Virus record (IMG/VR): IMGVR_UViG_3300031952_000013
Span: 20,861-84,860 of that record
Length of the DNA stretch: 64,000 bases
Direction: 5' to 3' (one strand)
Source of the DNA: a virus
Numbering within the stretch: the first letter of the stretch is position 1; each line of letters begins with the position of its first letter. Below the pieces are notes generated by a model that had not been told where the DNA came from, searched no databases, and saw only the letters and a program-made list of their open reading frames with translations. The position numbers and the translations under genes are program-made. This document shows positions 17,407 through 27,185 of this stretch, piece after piece.

Positions 17407-17786
17407 ACAGAAGAGGATTTCTTGGTGTCGTGGGAGGCTCTGTTTCAGCGGCTTTTATAAGGTTAAAGCCGGAGAAACCAGTTTCTGCACCAAAACCGGT
17501 TGTCGAGAGTTTTGAATCTCTGGTGAAGATGCAATTGTTCAACGATAAGGGTAAGATGGTTGCTGAAAGTGTTAACCCTGTGGGTTGTGAGTTCCTCGAA
17601 AGGGGCGTAAGATTTTCGGATGCTCATTTTGCTACGGCGAAATCAAATTGGGGTACTCTGACAAGTTTTGTTATTTTGAATAGAAAGGGGAACAAAATCG
17701 TGGCTTGGGGGAATGTTACTGAAAAGAAAAGGGTTCGTAGAGGGGAGAGTGCTATTATGTCTGGGGTGTTTATTACCTTTAGTTAG
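17403..17786 (+). CDS. twin-arginine-signal protein carrying a virion-type domain
   Basis: MNRRGFLG start; C-terminal half aligns with 50678..51088 (F..A..NWGT.T.F.I...G..K....G). Confidence 0.7.
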   Translation: MNRRGFLGVVGGSVSAAFIRLKPEKPVSAPKPVVESFESLVKMQLFNDKGKMVAESVNPVGCEFLERGVRFSDAHFATAKSNWGTLTSFVILNRKGNKIVAWGNVTEKKRVRRGESAIMSGVFITFS

Positions 17787-17794
17787 GAGGCAGT

Positions 17795-18484
17795 ATGAAA
17801 ACACAAACTAAAATTATGGTTGGTCTAGGTCTAATCACTATTCTGATTCTGGTTGCCTGGGGTTACGAGTATGGTCGTAGCAATCAGATGAAGAAGACGA
17901 TTAATCTTATGGCGCAGGAAAGACAAGTAAAGATTGGGGAGTGGGAGGAGTGCCTGAGGTTGATGCAAGGGGAGATGAACACTCTTCTGGATAAAGCCGT
18001 GACAGCGCAGAAGGCTGCTGAGGATTTGCATGTTACTCTGGTGAAGGAGAGAGAAGCAAATCGTAGGGAGCGTGAAGCACGTTTGGCCGCTATGCCCCCG
18101 CAGGGTGTGGTTGAAGAAACACGGCGTATCTTGAATACTCAGGAAGTGTGGATTGTCACAACTAAAATAGAAATGACAGAGACGGCAGCCAGGATAAATT
18201 TGAGCAAGTTGTTGGATGGGGAGAATTTTGTTGAGGTGGAGAGACCGGCTTACGAGGCCACTATCACTCAACTGAAGATTTCCAATATCGAGTATTCCGA
18301 GGCTGTCAAAAAAGCACAGGCGCTGCTGAATATTCAGGAGTCGATTAAGAAGGTAAAGGATGATATTATCGGTGATGTCAAACTCTATGTCAAAGAGGTT
18401 GAATCATCAGCCAGGAAGAAGTTTGTCCTGTACTTCCTTGGTGGTATTGTTGCGGGTGGGGGTTTAGTTCTGTTAGCGAAGTAA
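17795..18484 (+). CDS. membrane-anchored coiled-coil protein (spanin-like?)
   Basis: N- and C-terminal hydrophobic helices around a long coiled coil. Confidence 0.6.
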   Translation: MKTQTKIMVGLGLITILILVAWGYEYGRSNQMKKTINLMAQERQVKIGEWEECLRLMQGEMNTLLDKAVTAQKAAEDLHVTLVKEREANRREREARLAAMPPQGVVEETRRILNTQEVWIVTTKIEMTETAARINLSKLLDGENFVEVERPAYEATITQLKISNIEYSEAVKKAQALLNIQESIKKVKDDIIGDVKLYVKEVESSARKKFVLYFLGGIVAGGGLVLLAK

Positions 18485-18527
18485 GGTCTATTGCGGTATA
18501 TGTTTTGACGCTTCACGATGTAATAAC

Positions 18528-20717
18528 ATGAAGTTTGTATCCGTAACTACCAAAGAGCAGTTAAGTAGGTTGTGTCAACGTCTGTCTGATTTTAAAGGGA
18601 TTGTCGCTCTGGATATTGAAACCGAGTCAACTAATCCGTGGAGAGACGATATTGTGGGCATTGGACTCTGTTGGGGGGAGGCAGGAAGTGCATACATACC
18701 TATAAAACATAGGTATGACCAACCTTTTGAGTCACAATACGCTCTGAATATGCTCAAGAAGCCGCTTGAGGCGGTTGATTTGTGTTGTTTTAACGCCCCT
18801 TTTGACCTTGAGTTTCTTGATTTGAGAGGCGGAATAAGACCAAAATTGCCTGTAGATGTGGCTATTTTGGCTTATATAAACGCAAAATATGAGGCTTTAA
18901 ACCTTAAACATGTCTGTTCTATCGAACTTCCTGGGGTTAAAACAAGCTCTTTTAAGGATTTAATGCTTGAATATGACCTGAAACCATCTAAAAACTCGAT
19001 TTCGGAACTTCCTATCGGGGTTGTAACCGATTATTGCGGTCGGGATGCCCTAGCTACGTTCCTTTTATACCGAAAATTGTTCGATTCGGTCAAAAATCAC
19101 CCTATTTACCCTCTGGAAAGCCGACTTTTGCCTGTAACTATGTGGTTGAGGCGAAACGGGGTGCTTATTGACCGGAGTTTCTTTGAAGATGAGGAAAAGA
19201 CGCTTTTGGAGGAGTTGGGAGAGGTAAAAAGCATTATAGGAGCACAAATTTCAGATGCTTCGGGTCAAAAAGTCGATTTTAACATTGGTTCGTCAAAACA
19301 ACTGGGTCAAGTCCTTTATAAGACCTTAAAATTGAGGTGTGACGAGTATACGCCGACTGGACAACCCAGGACTGACAAGGAACAGCTTGCAAAGTACAAA
19401 TGGAAGCACCCCGTGGTCAAAAATATTGTTACTTTCAAGGAAATTCAGAAACTCCTCTCGACTTATTACTCAAACTACATGAAATACGTCGAGAAGGATG
19501 GTCGAATCCATGCAAGTTATAATCAAACAGGCGTACCCACAGGTCGGTATAGTTGTTCTGACCCTAATTTGCAGAACATTCCTGATAAGAATGCGTGGGA
19601 AATTGAGACCCCGGCAGGTAAAAAAGCGGTTTGTGCCGGTATGCGAAATGGTTTCATAGTGCCTGAAGACTGTTGGTTTGTCGAATTTGATTATAGTCAG
19701 ATAGAAGCGAGACTAGCAGCAGGGGTGACACAGGAGCCGATTCTGCTAAATGCTTTTTCTGAGGGGATTGATTACCACACAAAGACCGCATCTTTGGTGT
19801 TCAGCATCCCTGTGGATAGCGTGACGAAAGAACAGAGGAGGATGGCCAAGAGATTGAACTTTGCTTTGTCCTATGGGATGGGAACAAACAAGTTGTGGCG
19901 GGTGCTTAATGAGGATATTCCTATTTCGTACAAGGATTCGGCGGGGTTCAGAGACACTTATGTGAAGTCTTATCCTACAATGTTTCACATGGCTGAGGTT
20001 ATCGGAAAGAACGCCGAGAGAACGAGGTATGTTGATACAATCTTCGGTAGGCGTATTCCTGTGTTTGAATTCCTTAAAGGGGATGAAAAGTCGTTGCAAG
20101 ACGGGAGGCGCATGGCTTATAATGGGGTAATCCAAGGTAGTGCCGCAGATATTTTAAAAAGAGGTCTGATTAAGACTTGGAATTTGATAAACCGCAAATA
20201 TGGGATGGATAACGTCAAATTGACCATGACGATACACGATTCGATGGAATTTGAGGTCAAAAAAGACATTCCGATGGTTGAGTTCGTTAAAGATGTGATT
20301 GCAGAGACGAGATTGTGCTTGAAAGGATTTCCTGTGATGTTTGTAGAACCCTCTGTTGGAAATGTCTGGGGCGGGTTGCAATCTCCTCAAAAAGAGGAGG
20401 ATTTTAACATGTTTTTCGCCCGATTGTCAGGAAAAACGACAGTTGACCTGTCGGTTAAGCCTGTGGTTGTGAATGGCTCAAATGGACGAATTTTTGTGGT
20501 TGAATTGCCGGAATTTACCAAAGATGGTAGTTTCCGTACTATGACCCAGGTTGTAACTCTGAGGAATTACCTTGTGGGGCATCCTGGGAAGAATAAAGTG
20601 GTCTTGAAGATAGGTTCCCGTGAAGAGACACTTCCCTTTGACACGGCGATTAATCTAGAAGACAAAGACAGGATTGCTTTGATGATAGGAGCGCGTTTCT
20701 ATGAGAGGGTAGGATGA
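18528..20717 (+). CDS. polA: family A DNA polymerase with 3'-5' exonuclease and C-terminal extension
   Basis: ExoI ALDIET, ExoII FNAPFD, ExoIII YCGRDA; TGRYS..PNLQNIP; motif A DYSQIEAR, B RRMAKRLNFALSYG, C TIHDS. Confidence 0.95.
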   Translation: MKFVSVTTKEQLSRLCQRLSDFKGIVALDIETESTNPWRDDIVGIGLCWGEAGSAYIPIKHRYDQPFESQYALNMLKKPLEAVDLCCFNAPFDLEFLDLRGGIRPKLPVDVAILAYINAKYEALNLKHVCSIELPGVKTSSFKDLMLEYDLKPSKNSISELPIGVVTDYCGRDALATFLLYRKLFDSVKNHPIYPLESRLLPVTMWLRRNGVLIDRSFFEDEEKTLLEELGEVKSIIGAQISDASGQKVDFNIGSSKQLGQVLYKTLKLRCDEYTPTGQPRTDKEQLAKYKWKHPVVKNIVTFKEIQKLLSTYYSNYMKYVEKDGRIHASYNQTGVPTGRYSCSDPNLQNIPDKNAWEIETPAGKKAVCAGMRNGFIVPEDCWFVEFDYSQIEARLAAGVTQEPILLNAFSEGIDYHTKTASLVFSIPVDSVTKEQRRMAKRLNFALSYGMGTNKLWRVLNEDIPISYKDSAGFRDTYVKSYPTMFHMAEVIGKNAERTRYVDTIFGRRIPVFEFLKGDEKSLQDGRRMAYNGVIQGSAADILKRGLIKTWNLINRKYGMDNVKLTMTIHDSMEFEVKKDIPMVEFVKDVIAETRLCLKGFPVMFVEPSVGNVWGGLQSPQKEEDFNMFFARLSGKTTVDLSVKPVVVNGSNGRIFVVELPEFTKDGSFRTMTQVVTLRNYLVGHPGKNKVVLKIGSREETLPFDTAINLEDKDRIALMIGARFYERVG

Positions 20718-21721
20718 AAGTACAATTCTTGACTGCTAAAGAGTTGGTAGATAAGATGGGGTACAGCTTGAAGTCTGGAGGGAATGTTTATGGATATGAA
20801 GTGGCTTCTGGTATTGCCTTGAATAGTTTAAAGGGAGCCGGAGTAGAAATTGCCGAGGATGCGAGGTTGTGTTTGCAGTACACCCCCCCACATTGGTTTA
20901 CTCCTATAGAGGGTAAAATTAATGTGATTTTCTCAATGTGGGAGGCTGAGAATATTCCACCTGATTTACTTGAATCGTTTGTTAAGGCTGACGCTATTAT
21001 TGTGCCATCTAAGAATTCAAAGGAGGCTTTGAAGAGAGGCGGGATATTGAAGCCTATCTATATTTGCCATCAGGCCTGTGATACAGATTTTTACTACTTC
21101 AAAGAACACGAAACGGCTGGTTTGGGAGGGACTGTTAGGTTTTTATGGGTTGGTGCGCCGAATGTTCGTAAGGGGTACGACTTGGCAATTCAGGCCTTCT
21201 ACGAGGCGTTCCATAACACAGGGGCTAACGTAGAATTGTATGTTAAGTCTACTCTGGAGGGGAAAGAAGGGGAAATCACTCCCATGACTAGATTTAATGC
21301 TGTTGTTGATACAAGGAATTTGCCGAAAGAGCAGTTGAGGGAGCTTTACTGGTCGTCTCAGGCGTTTCTATATCCATCTAGAGGAGAAGGGGCAGGGCTG
21401 CCCCCTATGGAGGCGATGTCAACGGGGCTGCCGGTTATTGGGCCTAGATATGGTGGGATGAGAGACTACATGTTTTCTGACTATTCTTATCCTGTGAAGT
21501 GGAAAATGGTGGAGTGCGAATATGGTATTAAAACTAGATTATGCGAAGTGGATATAGATGATTTGATTACTGTTCTGTGGAAGGTGTATAATAATATTCC
21601 TCAGGCTCTTGCTAAGGGAGAGGGCGCATCAAAGTTTGTCAATTGGGTATTCTCCCCTCAGATGATGGGGAAATCACTGACTGGTGTTTTAGAGACAATT
21701 GAGGAGAAATATAATGAGTGA
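20714..21721 (+). CDS. glycosyltransferase family 4 (GT-B)
   Basis: RKGYD; YPSRGEGAGLPPMEAMSTGLPVI (EX7E motif). Confidence 0.9.
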   Translation: MKVQFLTAKELVDKMGYSLKSGGNVYGYEVASGIALNSLKGAGVEIAEDARLCLQYTPPHWFTPIEGKINVIFSMWEAENIPPDLLESFVKADAIIVPSKNSKEALKRGGILKPIYICHQACDTDFYYFKEHETAGLGGTVRFLWVGAPNVRKGYDLAIQAFYEAFHNTGANVELYVKSTLEGKEGEITPMTRFNAVVDTRNLPKEQLRELYWSSQAFLYPSRGEGAGLPPMEAMSTGLPVIGPRYGGMRDYMFSDYSYPVKWKMVECEYGIKTRLCEVDIDDLITVLWKVYNNIPQALAKGEGASKFVNWVFSPQMMGKSLTGVLETIEEKYNE

Positions 21722-22106
21722 TAAGTCAGGGGTTCCACCCTCTGAGGTTGGTCCGAAAGGACCGAGGATGGGGAAGTTAAATCTTGGGGAGATGGTTGAA
21801 GCGGTAGTTCTAGCTACGTACATTAAGGTGCTTTGTCAAAAGCGTAATCTGCAAATGCAAGGGCAGTTCTTTGAGGGGCTGTTGGCTGGTTATGACCATT
21901 GGTTTAGAACTCTTAAAATTCCTCAGGATTTGTTTGATGAGCTTCAGGAGAAAATAGATAAAGATTTGGTTATGAAGAGGGCAGAAGAGTATATGGATAA
22001 GGCGATGGGTCAACAGGGTAGAATAATTGTTCCTGGTGTTCAGGATGTTGCGGCGGCAAAAGCGGCTAAATCCATTTTTGATCGTCAGTTTAAGGTGGCT
22101 AAATGA
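21699..22106 (+). CDS. hypothetical protein
   Basis: ORF coupled in the operon. Confidence 0.6.
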   Translation: MRRNIMSDKSGVPPSEVGPKGPRMGKLNLGEMVEAVVLATYIKVLCQKRNLQMQGQFFEGLLAGYDHWFRTLKIPQDLFDELQEKIDKDLVMKRAEEYMDKAMGQQGRIIVPGVQDVAAAKAAKSIFDRQFKVAK

Positions 22107-22447
22107 GTATGATTGTTTATGTTTTACTGCTTACATTTGTTATGACGGGAAGTGTTCTGACAGGTGTGGCATCTTGGTATGGACCTGGGTTTCATGGTAG
22201 GTTAACAGCTAGTGGAGAAGTTTTTGATATGCACGCTATGACTGCTGCACACAGGAAACTCCCATTGGGGACGATGGTTAGTATCAGAAATATGTTGAAT
22301 GGGAAGACTGTGGTAGTGACAATCAACGACAGAGGACCCTATATTGATGGCAGGATGCTTGATGTTTCGTATGGGGTGGCTGTAAAGTTAGATATGGTGG
22401 ATAGGGGGTTTTGTCCTGTGCAGGTTAAGGTTATGAGGTTACAATGA
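22103..22447 (+). CDS. rlpA: RlpA-like lytic transglycosylase (DPBB domain)
   Basis: GVASWYG..FHGRLTASGE.FDM.AMTAAHRKLP.GT ... INDRGPY...R.LDVS; N-terminal signal/TM. Confidence 0.92.
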   Translation: MSMIVYVLLLTFVMTGSVLTGVASWYGPGFHGRLTASGEVFDMHAMTAAHRKLPLGTMVSIRNMLNGKTVVVTINDRGPYIDGRMLDVSYGVAVKLDMVDRGFCPVQVKVMRLQ

Positions 22448-23172
22448 AGGTTAGTGCTGGATGGTTTGTTTCAACACCGTGTGATGTGGAGTTTATAAAG
22501 CATTTACATGGTCTGGAGAGGAATATTCAGGTGTCGTTCTATGAGAGACAGGATTTGTCGTGGACTTTGGCTCTGTCGCAGTATTCAGATAGAGTCACTT
22601 CTGTCCATCTTCCTAAAGGGCTGTCTGTGAGTGATTATCGAGAAGGGGGAGTGGTTGACAGTCTCATGGATGCTTTTAGTACAGACCTTTTTGTTGTGCA
22701 TCCTTGGGCTGAGGATTTAGAGATCATAGTTGATGTGGTACTGGAAAGAGAGAAGTTTTGTCTTTGTCTGGAGGGGTTTTCATTAGGGAAGGGTAAGGGA
22801 GGGGTGATTAATTTAATAGAGCGATTTGGTAAAGTTATGCGTACCTATCCTCACATTGGTTTGTGTGTGGATTTCTCCCATATCGAGACTGAGGTGATGA
22901 GTTGGCAGTTGGTTAAGGCGTTGTTGCCTTACACAAAGATGTTACATGTGTCTACGGTGGTTGATGGTAAACCGCATCGGCCTATGTATAGTACATTGTC
23001 AACAGTTTTAGTAAGGCCACTTTTGAATCAATTTTTACAGACACCGATAACTTCGGTGAAGGAGGTCGTGGTAGAGTACGATAAAGAATTTCAGAAAGAC
23101 CTGTTAAAAGATACGGCTCGTTTGAGTGAGTGGGTAGAGGAAAAAAGGAGGAAATTTAAAAATGACAAGTGA
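22444..23172 (+). CDS. xylose-isomerase-like TIM barrel (AP endonuclease 2 / sugar epimerase family)
   Basis: SVHLP, VVHP, CLE, VDFSH, LHVS, PHRP and VVEY metal-ligand pattern. Confidence 0.7.
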   Translation: MKVSAGWFVSTPCDVEFIKHLHGLERNIQVSFYERQDLSWTLALSQYSDRVTSVHLPKGLSVSDYREGGVVDSLMDAFSTDLFVVHPWAEDLEIIVDVVLEREKFCLCLEGFSLGKGKGGVINLIERFGKVMRTYPHIGLCVDFSHIETEVMSWQLVKALLPYTKMLHVSTVVDGKPHRPMYSTLSTVLVRPLLNQFLQTPITSVKEVVVEYDKEFQKDLLKDTARLSEWVEEKRRKFKNDK

Positions 23173-23401
23173 CAAGTATGAGTATCGCGTGTTTAGTCCC
23201 AATGCTTTTGTTACTCCTGAAGCTATGGAGGAAAGCATGAACGCTTTGGGTGAAGAGGGCTTCAGATTTATTTCGGCGTTTAAGTTTGGTACTTCTGACT
23301 TTTTGCTGTTCAGCAAGCCGAAATTTATGAAAATGCCTTATCGAGTGCAAGGAGATTCTACAGGAAAATTTACTATCAAAGGTGGAAGTTCGAGGGTATA
23401 G
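23162..23401 (+). CDS. DUF4177-like small protein
   Basis: KYEYRV ... MNALGEEGFRFI pattern. Confidence 0.55.
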   Translation: MTSDKYEYRVFSPNAFVTPEAMEESMNALGEEGFRFISAFKFGTSDFLLFSKPKFMKMPYRVQGDSTGKFTIKGGSSRV

Positions 23402-23418
23402 TAATAGGAGCGAAAATA

Positions 23419-23718
23419 ATGCGCCTAATGCAAAAGGTCAGTTTCCCAGGTGGTCGACAGTATGAACAATATACGGCAGAGTTCACGATTGAGGACCAGG
23501 ATGTTCCAAAAGAACTGCTTGGTGAGTGCAACTTATTGGAAAGGATGTTTTTGTTCAACACCTTGGTTTCAATTGAGGGACTTTTGTTTCAATACGCCAA
23601 GGGTTATATTTCCCTAGAAGAATACAAAGCACAAAAAGACAGGCTAATCAGTATTCTCTCGGACAAGTTGAAGAAGGTTCTTGGTGGGCTTTTGAGGGTG
23701 GAGAATGGCAAGCGTTGA
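23419..23718 (+). CDS. hypothetical protein
   Basis: ORF with AGGAG RBS. Confidence 0.6.
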   Translation: MRLMQKVSFPGGRQYEQYTAEFTIEDQDVPKELLGECNLLERMFLFNTLVSIEGLLFQYAKGYISLEEYKAQKDRLISILSDKLKKVLGGLLRVENGKR

Positions 23719-24115
23719 CCTGAGTAATCTTTCCTTGACTTTTAAATTGCTGACGGACGCAATCTGTGTCAAACAGTTTGAGGATGACCGTGACATTTTA
23801 GAAATTAGCAGGTTGCTTCTGAAGGCACTAGTTTTGGCGTATGAGGCTAGAGTTTTTTTGCTGCGGGGTAGGAAAGAGGATTCGGCAGAGCAGTATTTAA
23901 AGTCTACAGTTAATCTTGTGTTGAAGGGATTAGCGCAGGACGAGAGACGGGCCTACCGAAAACTAAGTGTATCTACAGAGGTAAGAGTCTATGAAGATGC
24001 TGTGGAGTATGTGGACGTAGTTTTAGAGGCCTGTAAGAGGTATGAATCAATGTTAAGGCTTGTTGCAGACTCAATGAAGTTAGGAGTAAAATTGGCCTTT
24101 GAAGGCCATAATTAG
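23705..24115 (+). CDS. helical protein, possible recombination mediator
   Basis: All-helical, located just before SSB and RecA; function inferred from position only. Confidence 0.5.
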   Translation: MASVDLSNLSLTFKLLTDAICVKQFEDDRDILEISRLLLKALVLAYEARVFLLRGRKEDSAEQYLKSTVNLVLKGLAQDERRAYRKLSVSTEVRVYEDAVEYVDVVLEACKRYESMLRLVADSMKLGVKLAFEGHN

Positions 24116-24128
24116 GAGGAATAAAAAT

Positions 24129-24974
24129 ATGAAACTGGATTTAGCGAACGCGAAACCAGAGGGCAGGGCTGAATTTCCACGGCTCTCTTTGAAAAAAGAT
24201 GAGACGGCTAGAATTTGCATCCTCTCGACAAAGGATTGGGAAGTCTCCCTAAGGCATTTTGTCAACGGTGCTGGTTATGTCCATTGTCATGCTATGAAGG
24301 ACGCTAAGGATGAGATTGACCTTCTTCGGATTGAGGAGGAGGGTGGTAATCCTGACAAGTGCATGATGTGTAAAATGGCTCTTCAGCAGGATAATGGACC
24401 TGTGGGTCGTCCTTACAGACGGTTTGCTTTGAGGGTACTTCGCTACGGGACTGACCTTTATGGGAAAGTCACTCTTCCTTTAAAGTTTTGGATGGAAATT
24501 TGGATTATCAGTAACGAGAAGTACCGGCAGCTTAGACGGATTGTAGATGAATGGGGAAAGTTGGCTGAGCATGACCTTACTCTGACCTGCTCGGATGCTT
24601 CTTATCAAAAGATTTCTATTGATGTGAAAAAGGAAGCGGCCTGGATGAAAGATAAGCAGGGTGTGGTTGGTTATTGGAAAGCTGAACTTGGGAAGTACAA
24701 GTTGGATGAGTGTCTGGGTAACTCCTATGACGAAAAGACTCTGGAGAAGAGGCTTTCTCTAGTTGCTCGCAGGGGTCAAAAAACGACTGCCGTCGAGTTA
24801 GAGGAAGACTCAGTTTTCTCCTCTGATGAGGCTAAACCCAAGCCGATTGGTGATGTATTTGGGGCGGGTGGTTCGGGAACAGCCTCACCGGTAGATAACG
24901 GAGAGGGTACTAAGACAGGGTTTAAAGAAGAAGCTGAAACCGTTGATTTCCTAAAGGAATTGGATATTTCCTGA
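24129..24974 (+). CDS. single-stranded DNA-binding protein (gp32-like)
   Basis: RHFV..YVHC ... CMMC Zn site, acidic flexible C-tail, immediately upstream of recA. Confidence 0.65.
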   Translation: MKLDLANAKPEGRAEFPRLSLKKDETARICILSTKDWEVSLRHFVNGAGYVHCHAMKDAKDEIDLLRIEEEGGNPDKCMMCKMALQQDNGPVGRPYRRFALRVLRYGTDLYGKVTLPLKFWMEIWIISNEKYRQLRRIVDEWGKLAEHDLTLTCSDASYQKISIDVKKEAAWMKDKQGVVGYWKAELGKYKLDECLGNSYDEKTLEKRLSLVARRGQKTTAVELEEDSVFSSDEAKPKPIGDVFGAGGSGTASPVDNGEGTKTGFKEEAETVDFLKELDIS

Positions 24975-26029
24975 TGGAAGATTGGCATAAGAGTATCGAA
25001 CAGGAGTTTGGTAGTGATGTTTTTTTGTCTGGTTTTAGTGGCGATGTGGTTCCTACTGGAAGTTGTATTGTGGATGCTCTTACTGGTATTGGGGGTTTCC
25101 CTATTGGCGGAATTGTGGAAGTCTGTGGTACAGAGGGTAGCGGAAAGACAACGTTAGCCCTCACATCTATGGTATCGGCGTTGAGGTCAGGTAAGTCGGT
25201 GATGTGGTTAGATTTTGAGCGGAAACTCAGCAGTACCTATGCTAAGAAACTTGGAGTTAATTTCGATTTGGTTAGGGATTATGTGTTATCTCCTGAATCT
25301 ATGGAAGATGGTTGGATGATGATTAATCGGTTTTGTGAGGCTCCTCAGCACAGAGGGGGTATGATTTTTGTGGATAGTGTGGCTGCTATGCCCCCTATCT
25401 CTGACCTAGAGAAAGTGAAACTGATTATCGGTCAGGTGCGTGTCGCAAGTATGGCACAAGTTATGTCGGTAGCGTTTCGTCAGATGATTAATGTCCTCAA
25501 AAAATCCCAGGTAGGGATAGTGTTTTTGAACCAAGAACGCAGTCTGATAGACACTACGGGAAGAAGCATAGGACAGAAAACAACCCCAGGAGGAGCGGCT
25601 CTTAAATTTTACAGTTCGTTGCGGTTGAAAATGGAGATTAAAGGGGCCATAAAAGAGCCTCAAATTGACCCTATATCGGGGGTTGTAGCCGAAATTGTGA
25701 CGGGATTAAACATTCAGGTGACTGTGTTGAAGAATACGTTGGCTCCAAGTTATCGAAAAGCGTGGGTTGTTCTCCGTATGGATGAGGGTATCGACAACCT
25801 TACATCGGCGGTGAAAATCGCGGAGAATCTGGGTTGGATAAAGAAAAAGGGTTCTTATTATGTTCTGGCAGACCGATTTAGTGGCAGTGACACACTAGGT
25901 GGTCACAAAGAACATGGTTTTGAGCGTTTGAGGAAGTTTTTTCTGAACAACTCTGATGTGATGGGTATTCTTATGAAGGACGTGAACGATTATCTAACGT
26001 CCAAACCAATAAAATCAATGGAGGAGTAA
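24974..26029 (+). CDS. recA: RecA/UvsX recombinase
   Basis: GTEGSGKTT, VDSVAA, FLNQER, TPGGAALKFYSSLRL. Confidence 0.95.
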   Translation: MEDWHKSIEQEFGSDVFLSGFSGDVVPTGSCIVDALTGIGGFPIGGIVEVCGTEGSGKTTLALTSMVSALRSGKSVMWLDFERKLSSTYAKKLGVNFDLVRDYVLSPESMEDGWMMINRFCEAPQHRGGMIFVDSVAAMPPISDLEKVKLIIGQVRVASMAQVMSVAFRQMINVLKKSQVGIVFLNQERSLIDTTGRSIGQKTTPGGAALKFYSSLRLKMEIKGAIKEPQIDPISGVVAEIVTGLNIQVTVLKNTLAPSYRKAWVVLRMDEGIDNLTSAVKIAENLGWIKKKGSYYVLADRFSGSDTLGGHKEHGFERLRKFFLNNSDVMGILMKDVNDYLTSKPIKSMEE

Positions 26030-27079
26030 ATGTCAACGGCTATTGAACGTGTAGAAAAACTCAGGGATGCTTTCCTGACTAAGGACCAGGCTCTAGAGAA
26101 GGCTGAGGTCTTTGAAAATTGTCAGGAGCTTCTTGTGAAGGGGAAAACTAAGTTTGAGTTTCATCCTTCAACGGCTAACACTTTTTTGATGCACTACAAC
26201 AACGGTGAGTATGTGGTGAGCCAGGAAAGTTTTGTGAAGTTAGGTCGTCTGGTGGGGATTCCCTCTACCTATGCTGAGAAGATTCCGGCTCAGTATTTGT
26301 TCCCCCATCTTAGTTACTGGTTTGCGGATGGTGACGTTGGCGTTAAGGCATTCATCCGTCCGACGAATGGCGGTGGGGATGTTCGGCCTAAGATTGCTGG
26401 TTTTGCCAAGGAAGACGCTTTCTACTATCCTCTGTCTCGCATTTTTGAGCAGATTGATAAGGTGCGTCCTGACTATCTTGTAGAGGGTTTGACAGATGTT
26501 ACATGGAGAGACACCACCTTTGGACTTGTTTTTCCTGAAACTGAATTTATAGTTGACGTAGGGAAAGGTGAATTGAAGAGAGGTGACCATCTATTCGGAG
26601 GGGTTAAGGTTAGGACTTCTCTACTGGGTGAGTTCCCCTCTAAGGTTGCGGCTTTCTTTATGACTCTGATTTGTCTGAATGGGATGATTAGCCGAGATGA
26701 GATTTATACATTCAATCGTCGTCTGGGGTTTGAGGGACTTGATGAGTGGTTGATAGACGGAATCACGAGTGCTATTGGTGCGCTTGAGTCTGAAATCGGT
26801 AAGGTTCGTAGGCTTACTGATATTGAGATTTCAGATGAGGCTATTCCCCCTTATGTATCCCATATGTTTGACCAGATGGGTATTAATCAGAAGACGAGGG
26901 AAGCAGTTTTAGGTAAGTTAGTTGAACGGCACCCCAGGAACCTGTATGACCTGATGAATGCTGTAACTGAGGTTGCTCATAGTATTGAGAACCGCAGGGA
27001 AGTGTATACTTTACAGGCTTTGGGTGGGTTTGTGGCGAGTCACGCTGAGTCCTGTGACCGTTGCCACAGACCATTTTGA
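26030..27079 (+). CDS. DUF932-like protein
   Basis: LICLNGMI motif; NLYDLMNAVTEVAH C-terminal pattern. Confidence 0.65.
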   Translation: MSTAIERVEKLRDAFLTKDQALEKAEVFENCQELLVKGKTKFEFHPSTANTFLMHYNNGEYVVSQESFVKLGRLVGIPSTYAEKIPAQYLFPHLSYWFADGDVGVKAFIRPTNGGGDVRPKIAGFAKEDAFYYPLSRIFEQIDKVRPDYLVEGLTDVTWRDTTFGLVFPETEFIVDVGKGELKRGDHLFGGVKVRTSLLGEFPSKVAAFFMTLICLNGMISRDEIYTFNRRLGFEGLDEWLIDGITSAIGALESEIGKVRRLTDIEISDEAIPPYVSHMFDQMGINQKTREAVLGKLVERHPRNLYDLMNAVTEVAHSIENRREVYTLQALGGFVASHAESCDRCHRPF

Positions 27080-27104
27080 TTCGTTCAGTTTTACCTCCTT
27101 GGGT

Positions 27105-27150
27105 GGGGGGAGAGGGCTTTATACTCCTTTCTTCCCTCTCCCCCCTTTTT
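27105..27150 (+). terminator. intrinsic terminator
   Basis: GGGGGGAGAGGG / CCCTCTCCCCCC 12 bp stem followed by TTTTT. Confidence 0.8.
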
Positions 27151-27185
27151 ATTAGAGGCTATATTATGAGAATAGGAAGAAGTAG

